Shown: in pieces, positions 54,972 to 63,626 of the stretch
How the letters are laid out: each line of letters begins with the position of its first letter
How positions within the stretch are numbered: the first letter of the stretch is position 1
NCBI GenBank assembly: GCA_963767925.1
Contig: CAVYGB010000008.1
Location: forward strand, 2,016,001-2,080,000
Reading direction: 5' to 3'
Source of the DNA: an uncultured delta proteobacterium
GTDB taxonomy: Bacteria > Myxococcota_A > Polyangia > Fen-1088
Length of the DNA: 64,000 nt
Notes under the pieces: model-generated
Database searches by the model: none
Told to the model about the DNA's origin: nothing
Seen by the model: only the letters and a program-made list of their open reading frames with translations
Position numbers and translations under genes: made by a program

Positions 54972-56846
54972 TCAGCCCGGTAGGGGTGACAACTCGGGTG
55001 GGACGGCGGGCGTTGTAGGGCTGGAGGGGGCAGCCTGCTGGGGCTGGAAGGTGGTCCCGCCGGCAACAACCTCCGTTGGCGCGAGCTGGGCGGGCGGTGG
55101 TGATTTGAGCTGCGACAACAGGGCGTCCGCCTCGGACACCCATTTCAGGAGGGCGTCCGTCTTGGTCTCGTCAACGCCTTGGCGCTTCGCCTGGAAGTAC
55201 GCCTTCAGGAACAGTTGGGCTGGCATCTGGCCACCCACCTGAATGAGGGCGGTCTCCGGTGACTGGTACCCGGACTCCCCGTCCTGGAGGATGTCGTCAA
55301 TCTGCTGGAGTACTTCCTCCCTGAGGGAGTACAGCAGTGAGGCTTCGGACGACACGTCCGGGAGGTCCAGGGCCATGGCCCCGTCCGCTGGGGACATCAT
55401 GCCGGCCTCGACGTACTTCTGAATCGTCTGGCGCTTCCCGGCCGGGGACTGGGGAAAGGCGGCAACCGGGGCGGGGGGCTGGACCGTCCAGGGCGCGGTG
55501 GTGATCAGGGTGGCGATCCGCTTGAAGTCGACCTGCTGGAGATCCCGATCCCCTGGAGTCCGCCCCTGGACCTTCCAATCCGTCACCTCTGGCCCCAGTT
55601 GGAGGCAGATCTCCCCGAGGCGAACATGGGCCGCCTCGAATTCCTGGCCCACGGTGACCAGCCGGCCGTGTTCCCGATCGCGAAGCTGCTCCATAGCGGC
55701 GCCGCTGATGGTGCCCGGCTTCTCACCAGTTACGCCCCAGTCAGACAGCCCGACATCTGCCAGTCCCTGATTCCAGATCGTCTGGCGCTCATTCAGGAGA
55801 GCGGTGGGGACCGGATCGAACTTCTCAAGCTTCGGTGCCTGTCCCGGGGTGTGGTCTACGATGCTCAGGTGCTCGTTGGCCAGCGCGGCGGGGTTAACCT
55901 GGCTCCCGATAGGATTGAGCCACTTCGGGGAGGCGCCCAGGCGGATGATCTCTTCGATGGAGTCGTTGAGAGACCAGAGCTGGCACTGGTAGCCGTACAG
56001 CATGGACGCCCATCCCCGACCCCAGTAACCGGCCAGGGGCTTCTCGACGTACAGCGGGGCCCATGGGAGGAAGTCATAGGCCCACTTCTCATAGGCCAGG
56101 GTGCAGCCCGGGACCGCGACAACATGGGCGCCATTGCGGGACCAGCCCTCATAGAGCGCCACCATGTCCGGGCGGTATGTCCCCTGGAAGGCCGGGCAGT
56201 CGTCCTCCAGCTTGTCCAGGATCGTTCTCTTCTCTGGCGTGTCCCCGTAGAGGGAGATGGCGACGTGCTTGTCCAGGTAGCGCTTGATGAACCCCTGGTG
56301 AGGCCGGCCATATATGGACTGGGCGTCCGCGACAATCACCTCATCCGGGAGGACGCGGTCGATCGTCAGACGCTTGACCCCGTTCTTAGCCTCAACCCTG
56401 ACAACCGCCATCCCCAGGTTGCAGACCGCAGCGTCGATGAACAGAGACGGCATCAGCTCGGTCGAGACCTTGTTGGCGGAGAACACCCCCGCCAGCCAGC
56501 GTGAAGCTTCCTTCGCGTCACGTCGGAGCTTGGTATCAGCCCCGGCCGTCTCAACGAGCAGCCGGACGTGGTTCCGGGTGATCATGCTGGCGCCCGTGCT
56601 GACAACCGCGGAGATGAGGGCCCACGGGGCGATCGATCGGTCTTCGGCTGGACTCGCCAGGTCGTACAGTGAGCCCAACACCCGATTGGCGTACGCCATC
56701 GCCAGGCGGAGGTTCTCAGCACGACGTCCGGACTGAGCGTCCTCGATGGCCTTGGCGGTCTGGACCATTGCGGGTCCGACTTCATCCGGAGGGAGGTCGG
56801 ACCACAGCTCCTGGTGGGGTCGGCCGCTGTCGAGTTCCAGCGGCAT
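54972..56846 (-). CDS. Portal protein
   Basis: 624 aa; YWGRG, SGAAM motifs; between terminase and scaffold. Confidence 0.75.
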   Translation of the reverse strand: MPLELDSGRPHQELWSDLPPDEVGPAMVQTAKAIEDAQSGRRAENLRLAMAYANRVLGSLYDLASPAEDRSIAPWALISAVVSTGASMITRNHVRLLVETAGADTKLRRDAKEASRWLAGVFSANKVSTELMPSLFIDAAVCNLGMAVVRVEAKNGVKRLTIDRVLPDEVIVADAQSIYGRPHQGFIKRYLDKHVAISLYGDTPEKRTILDKLEDDCPAFQGTYRPDMVALYEGWSRNGAHVVAVPGCTLAYEKWAYDFLPWAPLYVEKPLAGYWGRGWASMLYGYQCQLWSLNDSIEEIIRLGASPKWLNPIGSQVNPAALANEHLSIVDHTPGQAPKLEKFDPVPTALLNERQTIWNQGLADVGLSDWGVTGEKPGTISGAAMEQLRDREHGRLVTVGQEFEAAHVRLGEICLQLGPEVTDWKVQGRTPGDRDLQQVDFKRIATLITTAPWTVQPPAPVAAFPQSPAGKRQTIQKYVEAGMMSPADGAMALDLPDVSSEASLLYSLREEVLQQIDDILQDGESGYQSPETALIQVGGQMPAQLFLKAYFQAKRQGVDETKTDALLKWVSEADALLSQLKSPPPAQLAPTEVVAGGTTFQPQQAAPSSPTTPAVPPELSPLPG

Positions 56847-57106
56847 CAGTTCCGCCCCCGCTTCCCGAAGCGAGCCAGGAGCCACTCAGTGGATCCGACC
56901 TCCGCGCCACTGGGCGGGGGCCCCAGGGTGATCGGCGGAGGCGGCAAGTCCTCGCCAACCTCTGGGGATGGATGCTGATTCGACGGTGGGCCAGCGGTTG
57001 GCCCCAGGTCGAACTCAGTGCCGTCCGAGAGGCGGAGCCGGGTGATCCCGGCCTTGCGACAAGCGGCGGCCAGGCTGACCAACCGGCGGGTATCGAGGGT
57101 GGCCAT
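56846..57106 (-). CDS. Small phage protein
   Basis: 86 aa; TGA/ATG overlap with portal. Confidence 0.65.
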   Translation of the reverse strand: MATLDTRRLVSLAAACRKAGITRLRLSDGTEFDLGPTAGPPSNQHPSPEVGEDLPPPPITLGPPPSGAEVGSTEWLLARFGKRGRN

Positions 57107-57133
57107 TCAGACCAGCCCCACAGGGGTAGAGAA

Positions 57134-57158
57134 CATCTACCCACCGGGATTCCCGCCG
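57134..57158 (-). promoter_or_regulatory. Late-gene motif, copy 3
   Basis: 25-bp exact repeat of 54933-54957. Confidence 0.75.
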
Positions 57159-57168
57159 GATCACGGTG

Positions 57169-58677
57169 CTATCGGCGCAAGAACCGGGCAGGTTGGCGGT
57201 TGCGTGTCGCTGCCCGGGAGTACCACGGGCGGTGCTGGTCCTCCGTCGCCTCAAGGATGTCCCGCTCATCCTCTGCTGCCTCCCGCTCCTGGACGGTGGG
57301 CTTGCGGGGTGGTGCCTTGATGGACTGGACCAGGGCGGACGACATCGGCCACAGGTACCGAAGGCACGGCTCGAGGTCGCTGTGGGGATTCTTGGCCATC
57401 TCCCTCTTGCCGCGGGCAAGCTTGACGGGGTCCCATCTGAGTCTGACCAGGTCCTTGGCGGTCTGGGACTCCGCCGGGATCATGAACGTGCCGGCGAGCA
57501 GGGCGGCGTTCAGGGCGTCGGTTGTCGCCAAGGCATGCGTCTTGTCGGCTGCCTGGAGCGGGACGTTGTACGGGGGAGCCCGAAGCCAGTCCGCAGACTG
57601 GGAGCCCAAGGCTCCTTCGTCGCACAGGTTGATTGTCGTCCTGTACTTGCTGATCCGGGCGTTGACCTCGGTGGCGAGCACGTCTTGCTTGGGACGCTTG
57701 CCGAACAGGTACTCCTCAATCAGCCAGACCTTTCCCGGGGTGGCGTCCGTGATCCCGAGGACCAGGATAGAGGAAGCGTCCCGGACGTGGCCTAGATCGA
57801 CCGCCAGCAGGTATGTCCAGCGGCCGGCGGGTAGGCCATGGAAGACCGCACCCCGCCCGTTGTCGTTCGCCGCCACGGTGGCCGAGATGTTGGAGGGGTG
57901 GTTGACGGTCTTGGACCACCGGTAGACCAGGCTGGAGTCCTCCCCCGGACCGAGGCGGTTGTTTCGGAGGTACTCCCGCTGGAAGGTGGGACTGTTCCAA
58001 CCGCCAAGCTCAGCGGCGCGAGCCTGGAGGAACGCCTCGACGTCCACGATGTGCGGGTTGTCGTAGAGCGTCCCGACGTGGATCGACCAACCCGGCATCT
58101 TGCCGGCCCGGATCTCCTCCCACATCCCGACCCCTTCGACTTCCGAGGGGGTGCCTCCCAGGACCAGGCGCCCGTTCCGGCCCCCGCGGACCAGGGCGGG
58201 CATGATCGCCTGCTGAACCGTCTCCTGGAGCCAGGGCAGAATGGAGGCCTCATCGACGACAACTAGGTCCTTGCCGCGACCACGCCAGCGACGTTGCGAC
58301 TCTGATAAATCCTTCGCACCCGTGACCCTGATTGCCGATCGGTTGGCGAACCGGATATGGTTCTTGGTGGCGATCCCCCCAAGGGCGAACTCCTGGTTCA
58401 GGCCGGTCAGGTCCTCCCAGATGAGTTCCTTGGCGTCAGTCTCACTCTTGGCGGCGTAGTCGATCTGAGAGCCGGGTCGGGTGACTGCCAGGTCCAGAAT
58501 CTCCACAGCGAAACCCCGGGTCTTGCCGGTCCGACGACCTGCATCCGCCACCCGTACCTCGGCCTGGTCCTGATAGAACGCCAGTTGCCAGGGGGACAGG
58601 AGGGCCTTGGGATCCCACGCTGCACGGGCGGTTGTCGCGCCATGGTCCAGCTCCTTGACCAGCCTACTTAGTGCCAA
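57169..58677 (-). CDS. Terminase large subunit
   Basis: Walker A AGRRTGKT, Walker B LVVVDEA, GTP coupling motif, DNPH, nuclease LAVDLG...D; TTG start probable. Confidence 0.92.
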   Translation of the reverse strand: MALSRLVKELDHGATTARAAWDPKALLSPWQLAFYQDQAEVRVADAGRRTGKTRGFAVEILDLAVTRPGSQIDYAAKSETDAKELIWEDLTGLNQEFALGGIATKNHIRFANRSAIRVTGAKDLSESQRRWRGRGKDLVVVDEASILPWLQETVQQAIMPALVRGGRNGRLVLGGTPSEVEGVGMWEEIRAGKMPGWSIHVGTLYDNPHIVDVEAFLQARAAELGGWNSPTFQREYLRNNRLGPGEDSSLVYRWSKTVNHPSNISATVAANDNGRGAVFHGLPAGRWTYLLAVDLGHVRDASSILVLGITDATPGKVWLIEEYLFGKRPKQDVLATEVNARISKYRTTINLCDEGALGSQSADWLRAPPYNVPLQAADKTHALATTDALNAALLAGTFMIPAESQTAKDLVRLRWDPVKLARGKREMAKNPHSDLEPCLRYLWPMSSALVQSIKAPPRKPTVQEREAAEDERDILEATEDQHRPWYSRAATRNRQPARFLRR

Positions 58678-58734
58678 TATGTAGACGGCAGGCAGGATCC
58701 GTAGCGTTTTGACGGTGGAGGTCGGCGCCCGGGT

Positions 58735-59502
58735 TCATGGCTTGGGCTTGCGGCGTTTGGGCTCGGACAGGGCGGCGGAGGCGCGCTTCTGGCGCCAGGA
58801 GTCGGCGTCGATGTCGATGACGTGACAGCGCTCGACGAAGCGGTCTACCAGCGCTCCGACGCAAGCGGCGCCAGGAAAGACGGTTCCCCATTCCTTGAAG
58901 GCCAGGTTCGTCGTGATCACGGTCGGCCGGACGAGGTGCCTGCGGCTGAGGATTGTGTAAAGCAGGTCAGCCGAGCGCGAGTCGCAGGGCAAGTAGCCAA
59001 GCTCGTCGAGGACGAGGACGGTGGGCTGGACGTAGCGCCGCAGGCGGCGGTCGAGGGCGGGCAGGGACTCCTGCTTGAGCAGGTCGGTGAGGGCCGAGGC
59101 CAAGGTGCAGAAGCGTACGCGGTGGCCGGCGTTGAGCGCCGCAAGCGCGAGGTTCTGGGCAAGCGTGGTTTTGCCGACGCCGCTCTGGCCACGGAGCAGG
59201 ACGTTCTCACCGGCTTCGACGAAGTCGAGGCCGAGCAGGTGCTCGTAGAGCGCCCGGTCGATGCTGCGGGGATGATTCCAGTCGAAGGTGTCGAGCGCGG
59301 AGAATGGACCGAGGGTGGCGGCGCGTGTGCGGCGGGCGAGATTGCGCGCGTCACGCTCGCGACGCTCGAGCTTGGCGAGACGCTCACAGACCTGGACCGG
59401 GGAAAGCTTGGCCTTGGTCGCCTCCTCGAGCATGGCCGTGATGCTGGCCGCTGGGCAGCGGAATCCGAGGTCGCGGAGAGCTTCAACGACGTCGAATGGC
59501 AT
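58735..59502 (-). CDS. istB: IS21 helper ATPase IstB
   Basis: FDW, GQSGVGKT, LVLDELGY, ITTNL, ALVDRF. Confidence 0.95.
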   Translation of the reverse strand: MPFDVVEALRDLGFRCPAASITAMLEEATKAKLSPVQVCERLAKLERRERDARNLARRTRAATLGPFSALDTFDWNHPRSIDRALYEHLLGLDFVEAGENVLLRGQSGVGKTTLAQNLALAALNAGHRVRFCTLASALTDLLKQESLPALDRRLRRYVQPTVLVLDELGYLPCDSRSADLLYTILSRRHLVRPTVITTNLAFKEWGTVFPGAACVGALVDRFVERCHVIDIDADSWRQKRASAALSEPKRRKPKP

Positions 59503-60961
59503 CGTAGCCCTCCAGGGCGTGGGGGATCACGTCTCGCTCTGGCACATGGGCTCCGAGCGCAACGGGGACGGGCACGGGGCGGGTGGCGGCCACACGCCGC
59601 AGCTCGCACAATTGCGAAATTGCGCCGACGTCCCAGGTGCCGCGGGCCAGGACGTCGGTCACGGCAGCGGCGAATAGGTCACGGCCGTACAGGTCCAGGA
59701 GGACGAGGGTTCGGGACGTCATGCTGCCGACGTTGCAGCCCATCTCCAGCCAACGGTCGAAGAGGCGGTCGATCGCGGGGACCGCGGCGCGCAGGCGGTC
59801 GCGGCCCCTGTGCTCGCGGGCGCCGCGCTTCTGCTCGAGAATGGCCTCACGATGTTCGGGCAGCTCGATGGTCTGGCGCCGGCCCCAGCAGCGAGCGTGC
59901 CGGGCGACAGTCGCGCCGAAGGGGTCGAGGACGCGGAGCCAGCGATCGTCTGCGGCGACGGTGAGCGTCTCGAGGACGTGGCGCGGGGGGACGGAGTAGG
60001 AGTTGACGTCGAAGCGGATGAAGGCGGTCTTGTCCACGCGCGCGGGTGTGACCAGGTCGGTCTCGGGCAGGGCCGGCGGAAGTGCGAGCAGCCGGTGCTT
60101 CTCCTCCTCGAAGCAATCGCGCACGGTGCGGTTGGGGATGGTGGGATGGGGCCGATCGAGGGCGATGCCAGCCATGAAATCGGCGAATTCGCGGTTGCCC
60201 TGCTCGATGCCCGTGATTTCGCGACCGGCGAGGAAGCGGTCACGGCTGAAACGGATCGCCCGCTCGACGCGACCTTTCTGGTTGGCCTTGCGGACCGCGC
60301 AGGCACGCGGTTGGACGTACATCTTGCCGGCGAAGTCGAGCAGCAGCGGGTGAAAGCGGACAGCCTCGCCGACCCGACCGAGTACGACGGTCTTGGGATT
60401 GTCGAAGAGCCACTGCCGGCAGTTGCCACCGAAGTGGATGGCTGCGCGAAGCATCGAGCGAAGCAGGGAGTAGACGGTGAGGTCGAAGACGAATTCGCCC
60501 CAGAGCGCGCGCGACCAGGAAAGGACCATGACGAAGAGCCAGAGCGTGCGGCGTCCACCACGGACATCGACATCCCCCACGTGCGCCCAGTCCACCTGGG
60601 CCTGCTCGCCGATGAGCGGGTCGGTGCGGAGGTACGCCTCTCGCGCTGGCCGGGGCCGCACACCGGCGACGAAGTCGCGCAGGGTGCGGACGCTGCCTTT
60701 GAAGCCCCGGGCGACGAGCATGTCGTGCAGGCGCGTCGAGCGCAGACGGGGGTACTTGGACAAGGTCTGCTCCACGAAGGACCGGAAGGGATCGACGATG
60801 CGCGGTCGTGGCGGGCCTGGTGCGCGCGGCTCGAGCAGGCCCAGCACGCGCTTGACCGCCTCTGGGTGCACGCCCAGCTGTGACGCCACCGTGCCGACCG
60901 GCCAATGCTCGGCGTAGTGGAGCCGGCGAATCTCGGCTTCACGCTCGGGGTCGAGTGTCAT
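59483..60961 (-). CDS. istA: IS21 DDE transposase IstA
   Basis: GEQAQVDW, LFDNPK, KGRVER, NSYSVP. Confidence 0.95.
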   Translation of the reverse strand: MTLDPEREAEIRRLHYAEHWPVGTVASQLGVHPEAVKRVLGLLEPRAPGPPRPRIVDPFRSFVEQTLSKYPRLRSTRLHDMLVARGFKGSVRTLRDFVAGVRPRPAREAYLRTDPLIGEQAQVDWAHVGDVDVRGGRRTLWLFVMVLSWSRALWGEFVFDLTVYSLLRSMLRAAIHFGGNCRQWLFDNPKTVVLGRVGEAVRFHPLLLDFAGKMYVQPRACAVRKANQKGRVERAIRFSRDRFLAGREITGIEQGNREFADFMAGIALDRPHPTIPNRTVRDCFEEEKHRLLALPPALPETDLVTPARVDKTAFIRFDVNSYSVPPRHVLETLTVAADDRWLRVLDPFGATVARHARCWGRRQTIELPEHREAILEQKRGAREHRGRDRLRAAVPAIDRLFDRWLEMGCNVGSMTSRTLVLLDLYGRDLFAAAVTDVLARGTWDVGAISQLCELRRVAATRPVPVPVALGAHVPERDVIPHALEGYDAIRRR

Positions 60962-61335
60962 CGAGCACCACCGTCGGCCAGGAGCGACAGTTGGCGCAGG
61001 TCAGTGAAATCGCACACGCCGCGCAGACGTCGCGGCCGGCGGCGCCCGGCCTTGTCGACCAGCCGCACGTCGAAGTACACGCTTCGGGTCGGCGTGCCGA
61101 GCTCGTCGACGAGGTCCAGGTAGTACGAGGCCTCCGCCTCGTCCGCAGACAGCACAACGGAGACCTGGGCGTCCAGCCACAGCGAGATCCCCTCGAGCAG
61201 GCTCTTGGCTGCCCTGCGCTGACGGAGCAGGTGCCCCGGCGGCAGGACCGCCCTCATCAGCTCGTCCTGGCCATCCAGCAAGAGCAGGCGCGTGCGGCTC
61301 ATGCTCGTCGACAGCATCACGGTGTATCGGCTCAT
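60958..61335 (-). CDS. IS-internal accessory ORF B (125 aa), coupled to istA
   Basis: AAGGAG SD; ATGA overlap with istA. Confidence 0.75.
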   Translation of the reverse strand: MSRYTVMLSTSMSRTRLLLLDGQDELMRAVLPPGHLLRQRRAAKSLLEGISLWLDAQVSVVLSADEAEASYYLDLVDELGTPTRSVYFDVRLVDKAGRRRPRRLRGVCDFTDLRQLSLLADGGAR

Positions 61336-61672
61336 CGGACTCTCCTTGGCCGTCGCCCACGGATCCCGCCGGCATGGCGGAGGCCGGAGCACCCGGCGGC
61401 ACCAAGGGAGCCAGGAACGCAAATTTCTCGATACCCGTATCCGTCACGCGGCATCGCCGCCGAGCGCGCAGGTCCCGCATGCGGTCCCGGTGATCCTCGC
61501 GGCCTTCAGCCGAACATTGGTGCCGGGCATTCGCCGCTCGCCGGGCTCGCAGGTCGCCGTGTTTGCGGCAGTCCTCAGTGCAATACCGCTGCCCGCGGAA
61601 ACAGGGGACGCAAACCTTGAAGGTCCGCAGGCACCACGCGCATCGCAGGTCCAGGAACTCGAGCTCGTCCAT
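61001..61672 (-). CDS. IS-internal Cys-rich zinc-finger ORF A
   Basis: CAWC-x6-CVPC-x6-C-x3-C, Arg-rich helix, later CAVC. Confidence 0.7.
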   Translation of the reverse strand: MDELEFLDLRCAWCLRTFKVCVPCFRGQRYCTEDCRKHGDLRARRAANARHQCSAEGREDHRDRMRDLRARRRCRVTDTGIEKFAFLAPLVPPGAPASAMPAGSVGDGQGESDEPIHRDAVDEHEPHAPALAGWPGRADEGGPAAGAPAPSAQGSQEPARGDLAVAGRPGLRCAVCGRGGGLVLPGPRRRARHADPKRVLRRAAGRQGRAPPAATSARRVRFH

Positions 61673-62023
61673 CCGCTCGCGGCAGCGGAGGAACTGGACG
61701 GCGGGCGCGAGCTGGGCGATACTTCCCAGCGCGCGTCCATCCGCGCACGGGGGGCCGGGTGGTGAAGACCCGGTCCCCACCTCTTTCCGCCCCCGCCCCT
61801 GCGCGTGCGTCTACACCGCGGGCACCGTCTCCGCGACTTTCCTGCCGGTCCGACCTCGACCGTCAGATCGATCGGATTCAGGCCGCCGTCGACACCAATA
61901 CGTCCGTCCCATCCCCAAAACACCGCTGTTACTTAGGCAGCGGTAACCCGCAGTGCGGCAGTGGCCACTCCGCAACACACGGCTGTTAAGGGCTGGAGTT
62001 ATACTCATTGCGTTAGTAGGGCC

Positions 62024-62420
62024 TTACAAGTCGAACAGGGACGTGGGGTCAAAGACGATCCCCGTGCATTTGGCGACGTGGTGGAGGTTGGGAGAAGGCC
62101 ACCAGGCACGAAGCGTCGGGGCAGATTCGGCAAGTAGGGCGTGGCAGACGCCAACCCGCCGGTGCTCACGCTTGGTCAGGGTGAAGTGGAGGACGTCCCC
62201 AGTGACAACCGTGTAGCCCCAGAGGTCGGAGTCGTCGTCATCAGCCACCGCCACATGGACCAGGGTCCGCGGGTTGGTCAGGATCCGGTCCTGCAGCCGA
62301 CGTGTGCCTTCAGCGGTGTGCGACTCGGCTCAGGCCGTTGATCTGAGTCCAGACGTTCAGCCACGAGACCTTGACGAAGTTGATATCCCCTGGCCGGGAC
62401 CGGCGGATGCGGATCCTCAT
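62024..62420 (-). CDS. GNAT-like acetyltransferase (apparent +1 frameshift ~62320)
   Basis: MRIRIRRSRPGDINFV...LWGY...LHFTLTKREHRRVGVCHALL resembles GNAT motif A; ATGA overlap upstream. Confidence 0.6.
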
Positions 62421-62695
62421 AGCGCCGCGGACAGCACCTTTCCCAGCCGGCTCAAGAAGGCATCGGGGCCCTGCTCGTACAGCGCCTGCCAGGTCACGGA
62501 GACAACCCAGGGCTGGTCCGCGTAGGCGTCTCGGCCTTGGTCCTGGTTCCCGTCCTGCACCAAGACCGTGACCCCAACGGTGTCGAGGACGATGCCGGCT
62601 GACCCTGGAGTCTTGGGCCAGGTCTGGGCGTCATAGACGCCCACGCAGCCTGGGAAGCGGCTGATGAAGTCCTCGATTGTCTGCTTCAGGGTCAC
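62417..62695 (-). CDS. Hypothetical phage protein
   Basis: 92 aa; 4-nt overlaps on both sides; AAGGAGG SD. Confidence 0.65.
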   Translation of the reverse strand: MTLKQTIEDFISRFPGCVGVYDAQTWPKTPGSAGIVLDTVGVTVLVQDGNQDQGRDAYADQPWVVSVTWQALYEQGPDAFLSRLGKVLSAAL

Positions 62696-63240
62696 TGGTC
62701 CTCCTTGGGCCCCGCTGGAGCCACTTGTTTGCTGATCTCCCGGGCGCGATCCGGATCCGCCTGGCCGAAGCGCTTGCGCAGCTCGAACGCCTTCAGCTCC
62801 CCGGACTTGGTCGCGGTGATGATCCCGTGCAGCTCCCGGAGCTGGCGGATGTCCCGGGAGGTGAGGTCGTCCTTGGTTGCCAGCTTGGCGATCGCCTTGT
62901 GTGCCGCCTGGACCGCCAGTTCCTCTGACGCCTCCAGGTCCGAGAAGTCCGGGAGGCCGGTCGAATCAGCCGGCTTGGCACGCTTCGGAGGCTTGGCCTT
63001 CTCCTCCCGAGCCAGGGCGAACTTCAGTTGAGACTCCAGGTTGGCGCGCATCTCCTTGGCCTTGGCAGCCTCCAGCTTCCCGGCAGCTACCAGGCCCAGG
63101 AGGTCCCGTAGGGCTCGTCTGATCTCCCCAGTTCCCTCCAGGGTTGCCCAGTGGTTCGGAGTCTGGGGATGACTGGGCTGGTTGTCGGGCGTGGAGGAGT
63201 GTTCTGCCCCCGCCCCCGTGGGCTTGTCGGGCTCAGACAT
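62692..63240 (-). CDS. Helical phage protein (terminase small subunit candidate)
   Basis: 182 aa, helical, upstream of TerL; assignment by position only. Confidence 0.45.
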   Translation of the reverse strand: MSEPDKPTGAGAEHSSTPDNQPSHPQTPNHWATLEGTGEIRRALRDLLGLVAAGKLEAAKAKEMRANLESQLKFALAREEKAKPPKRAKPADSTGLPDFSDLEASEELAVQAAHKAIAKLATKDDLTSRDIRQLRELHGIITATKSGELKAFELRKRFGQADPDRAREISKQVAPAGPKEDQ

Positions 63241-63626
63241 TCCGCATCTCCCGGATCCGGGCACGGATTCTCGGTCAGCCACCGTTCAACCCTCGTCCAC
63301 GGGGCGTTCAGGTACCGACCGGCCTGGCGGGGTTTCCATCCGAGCGACAACATGGCAACGAAGCGGCGGGCCTCCCCCGACAGCTTCGGGTCTTGGCCGA
63401 GGGACGCATCGATGGCGTGCAGGGCCCGGGTGGCGTCCATTCTCTCCATGCCCTCAGCGACCACCTGTTCAGCAACCGCGGGTGGCATGGCGTCCAGGGA
63501 GATGACCGTCCGACCCGACCAATCCAGGTGGGTATCCCCCTCGGGGTCCTGGAAGCCGCTAGCCTTGAGTTTCTGCCGCCATTCCTGATTGAGACGACGG
63601 AAGCTCTTGGATTCGTAGAACGCCAT
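63233..63626 (-). CDS. HTH protein (sigma-70 region 4/LuxR-like), candidate late regulator; ORF track extends to 63087
   Basis: LSGEARRFVAMLSLGWKPRQAGRYLNAPWTRVERWL; removing one base gives a stop at 63233. Confidence 0.55.

Larger units (their letters stand above)
58680..61894 (-). mobile_element. IS21-family insertion sequence, 3215 bp, four ORFs
   Basis: Imperfect ~45-bp terminal IRs (TGTAGACGGC / TGTCGACGGC); CCAATA duplication at 58674-58679 and 61895-61900; istA and istB. Confidence 0.93.

Noticed and set aside
61799..61815. Alternative IS right end at TGTAGACG
   Set aside because: No target duplication there; the end at 61894 gives a longer IR match and the CCAATA duplication
58664..62020. 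Self-splicing intron/IStron interrupting the terminase
   Set aside because: The reconstructed empty site has an in-frame stop just upstream, so there is no 5' exon, and no group I/II core is recognisable
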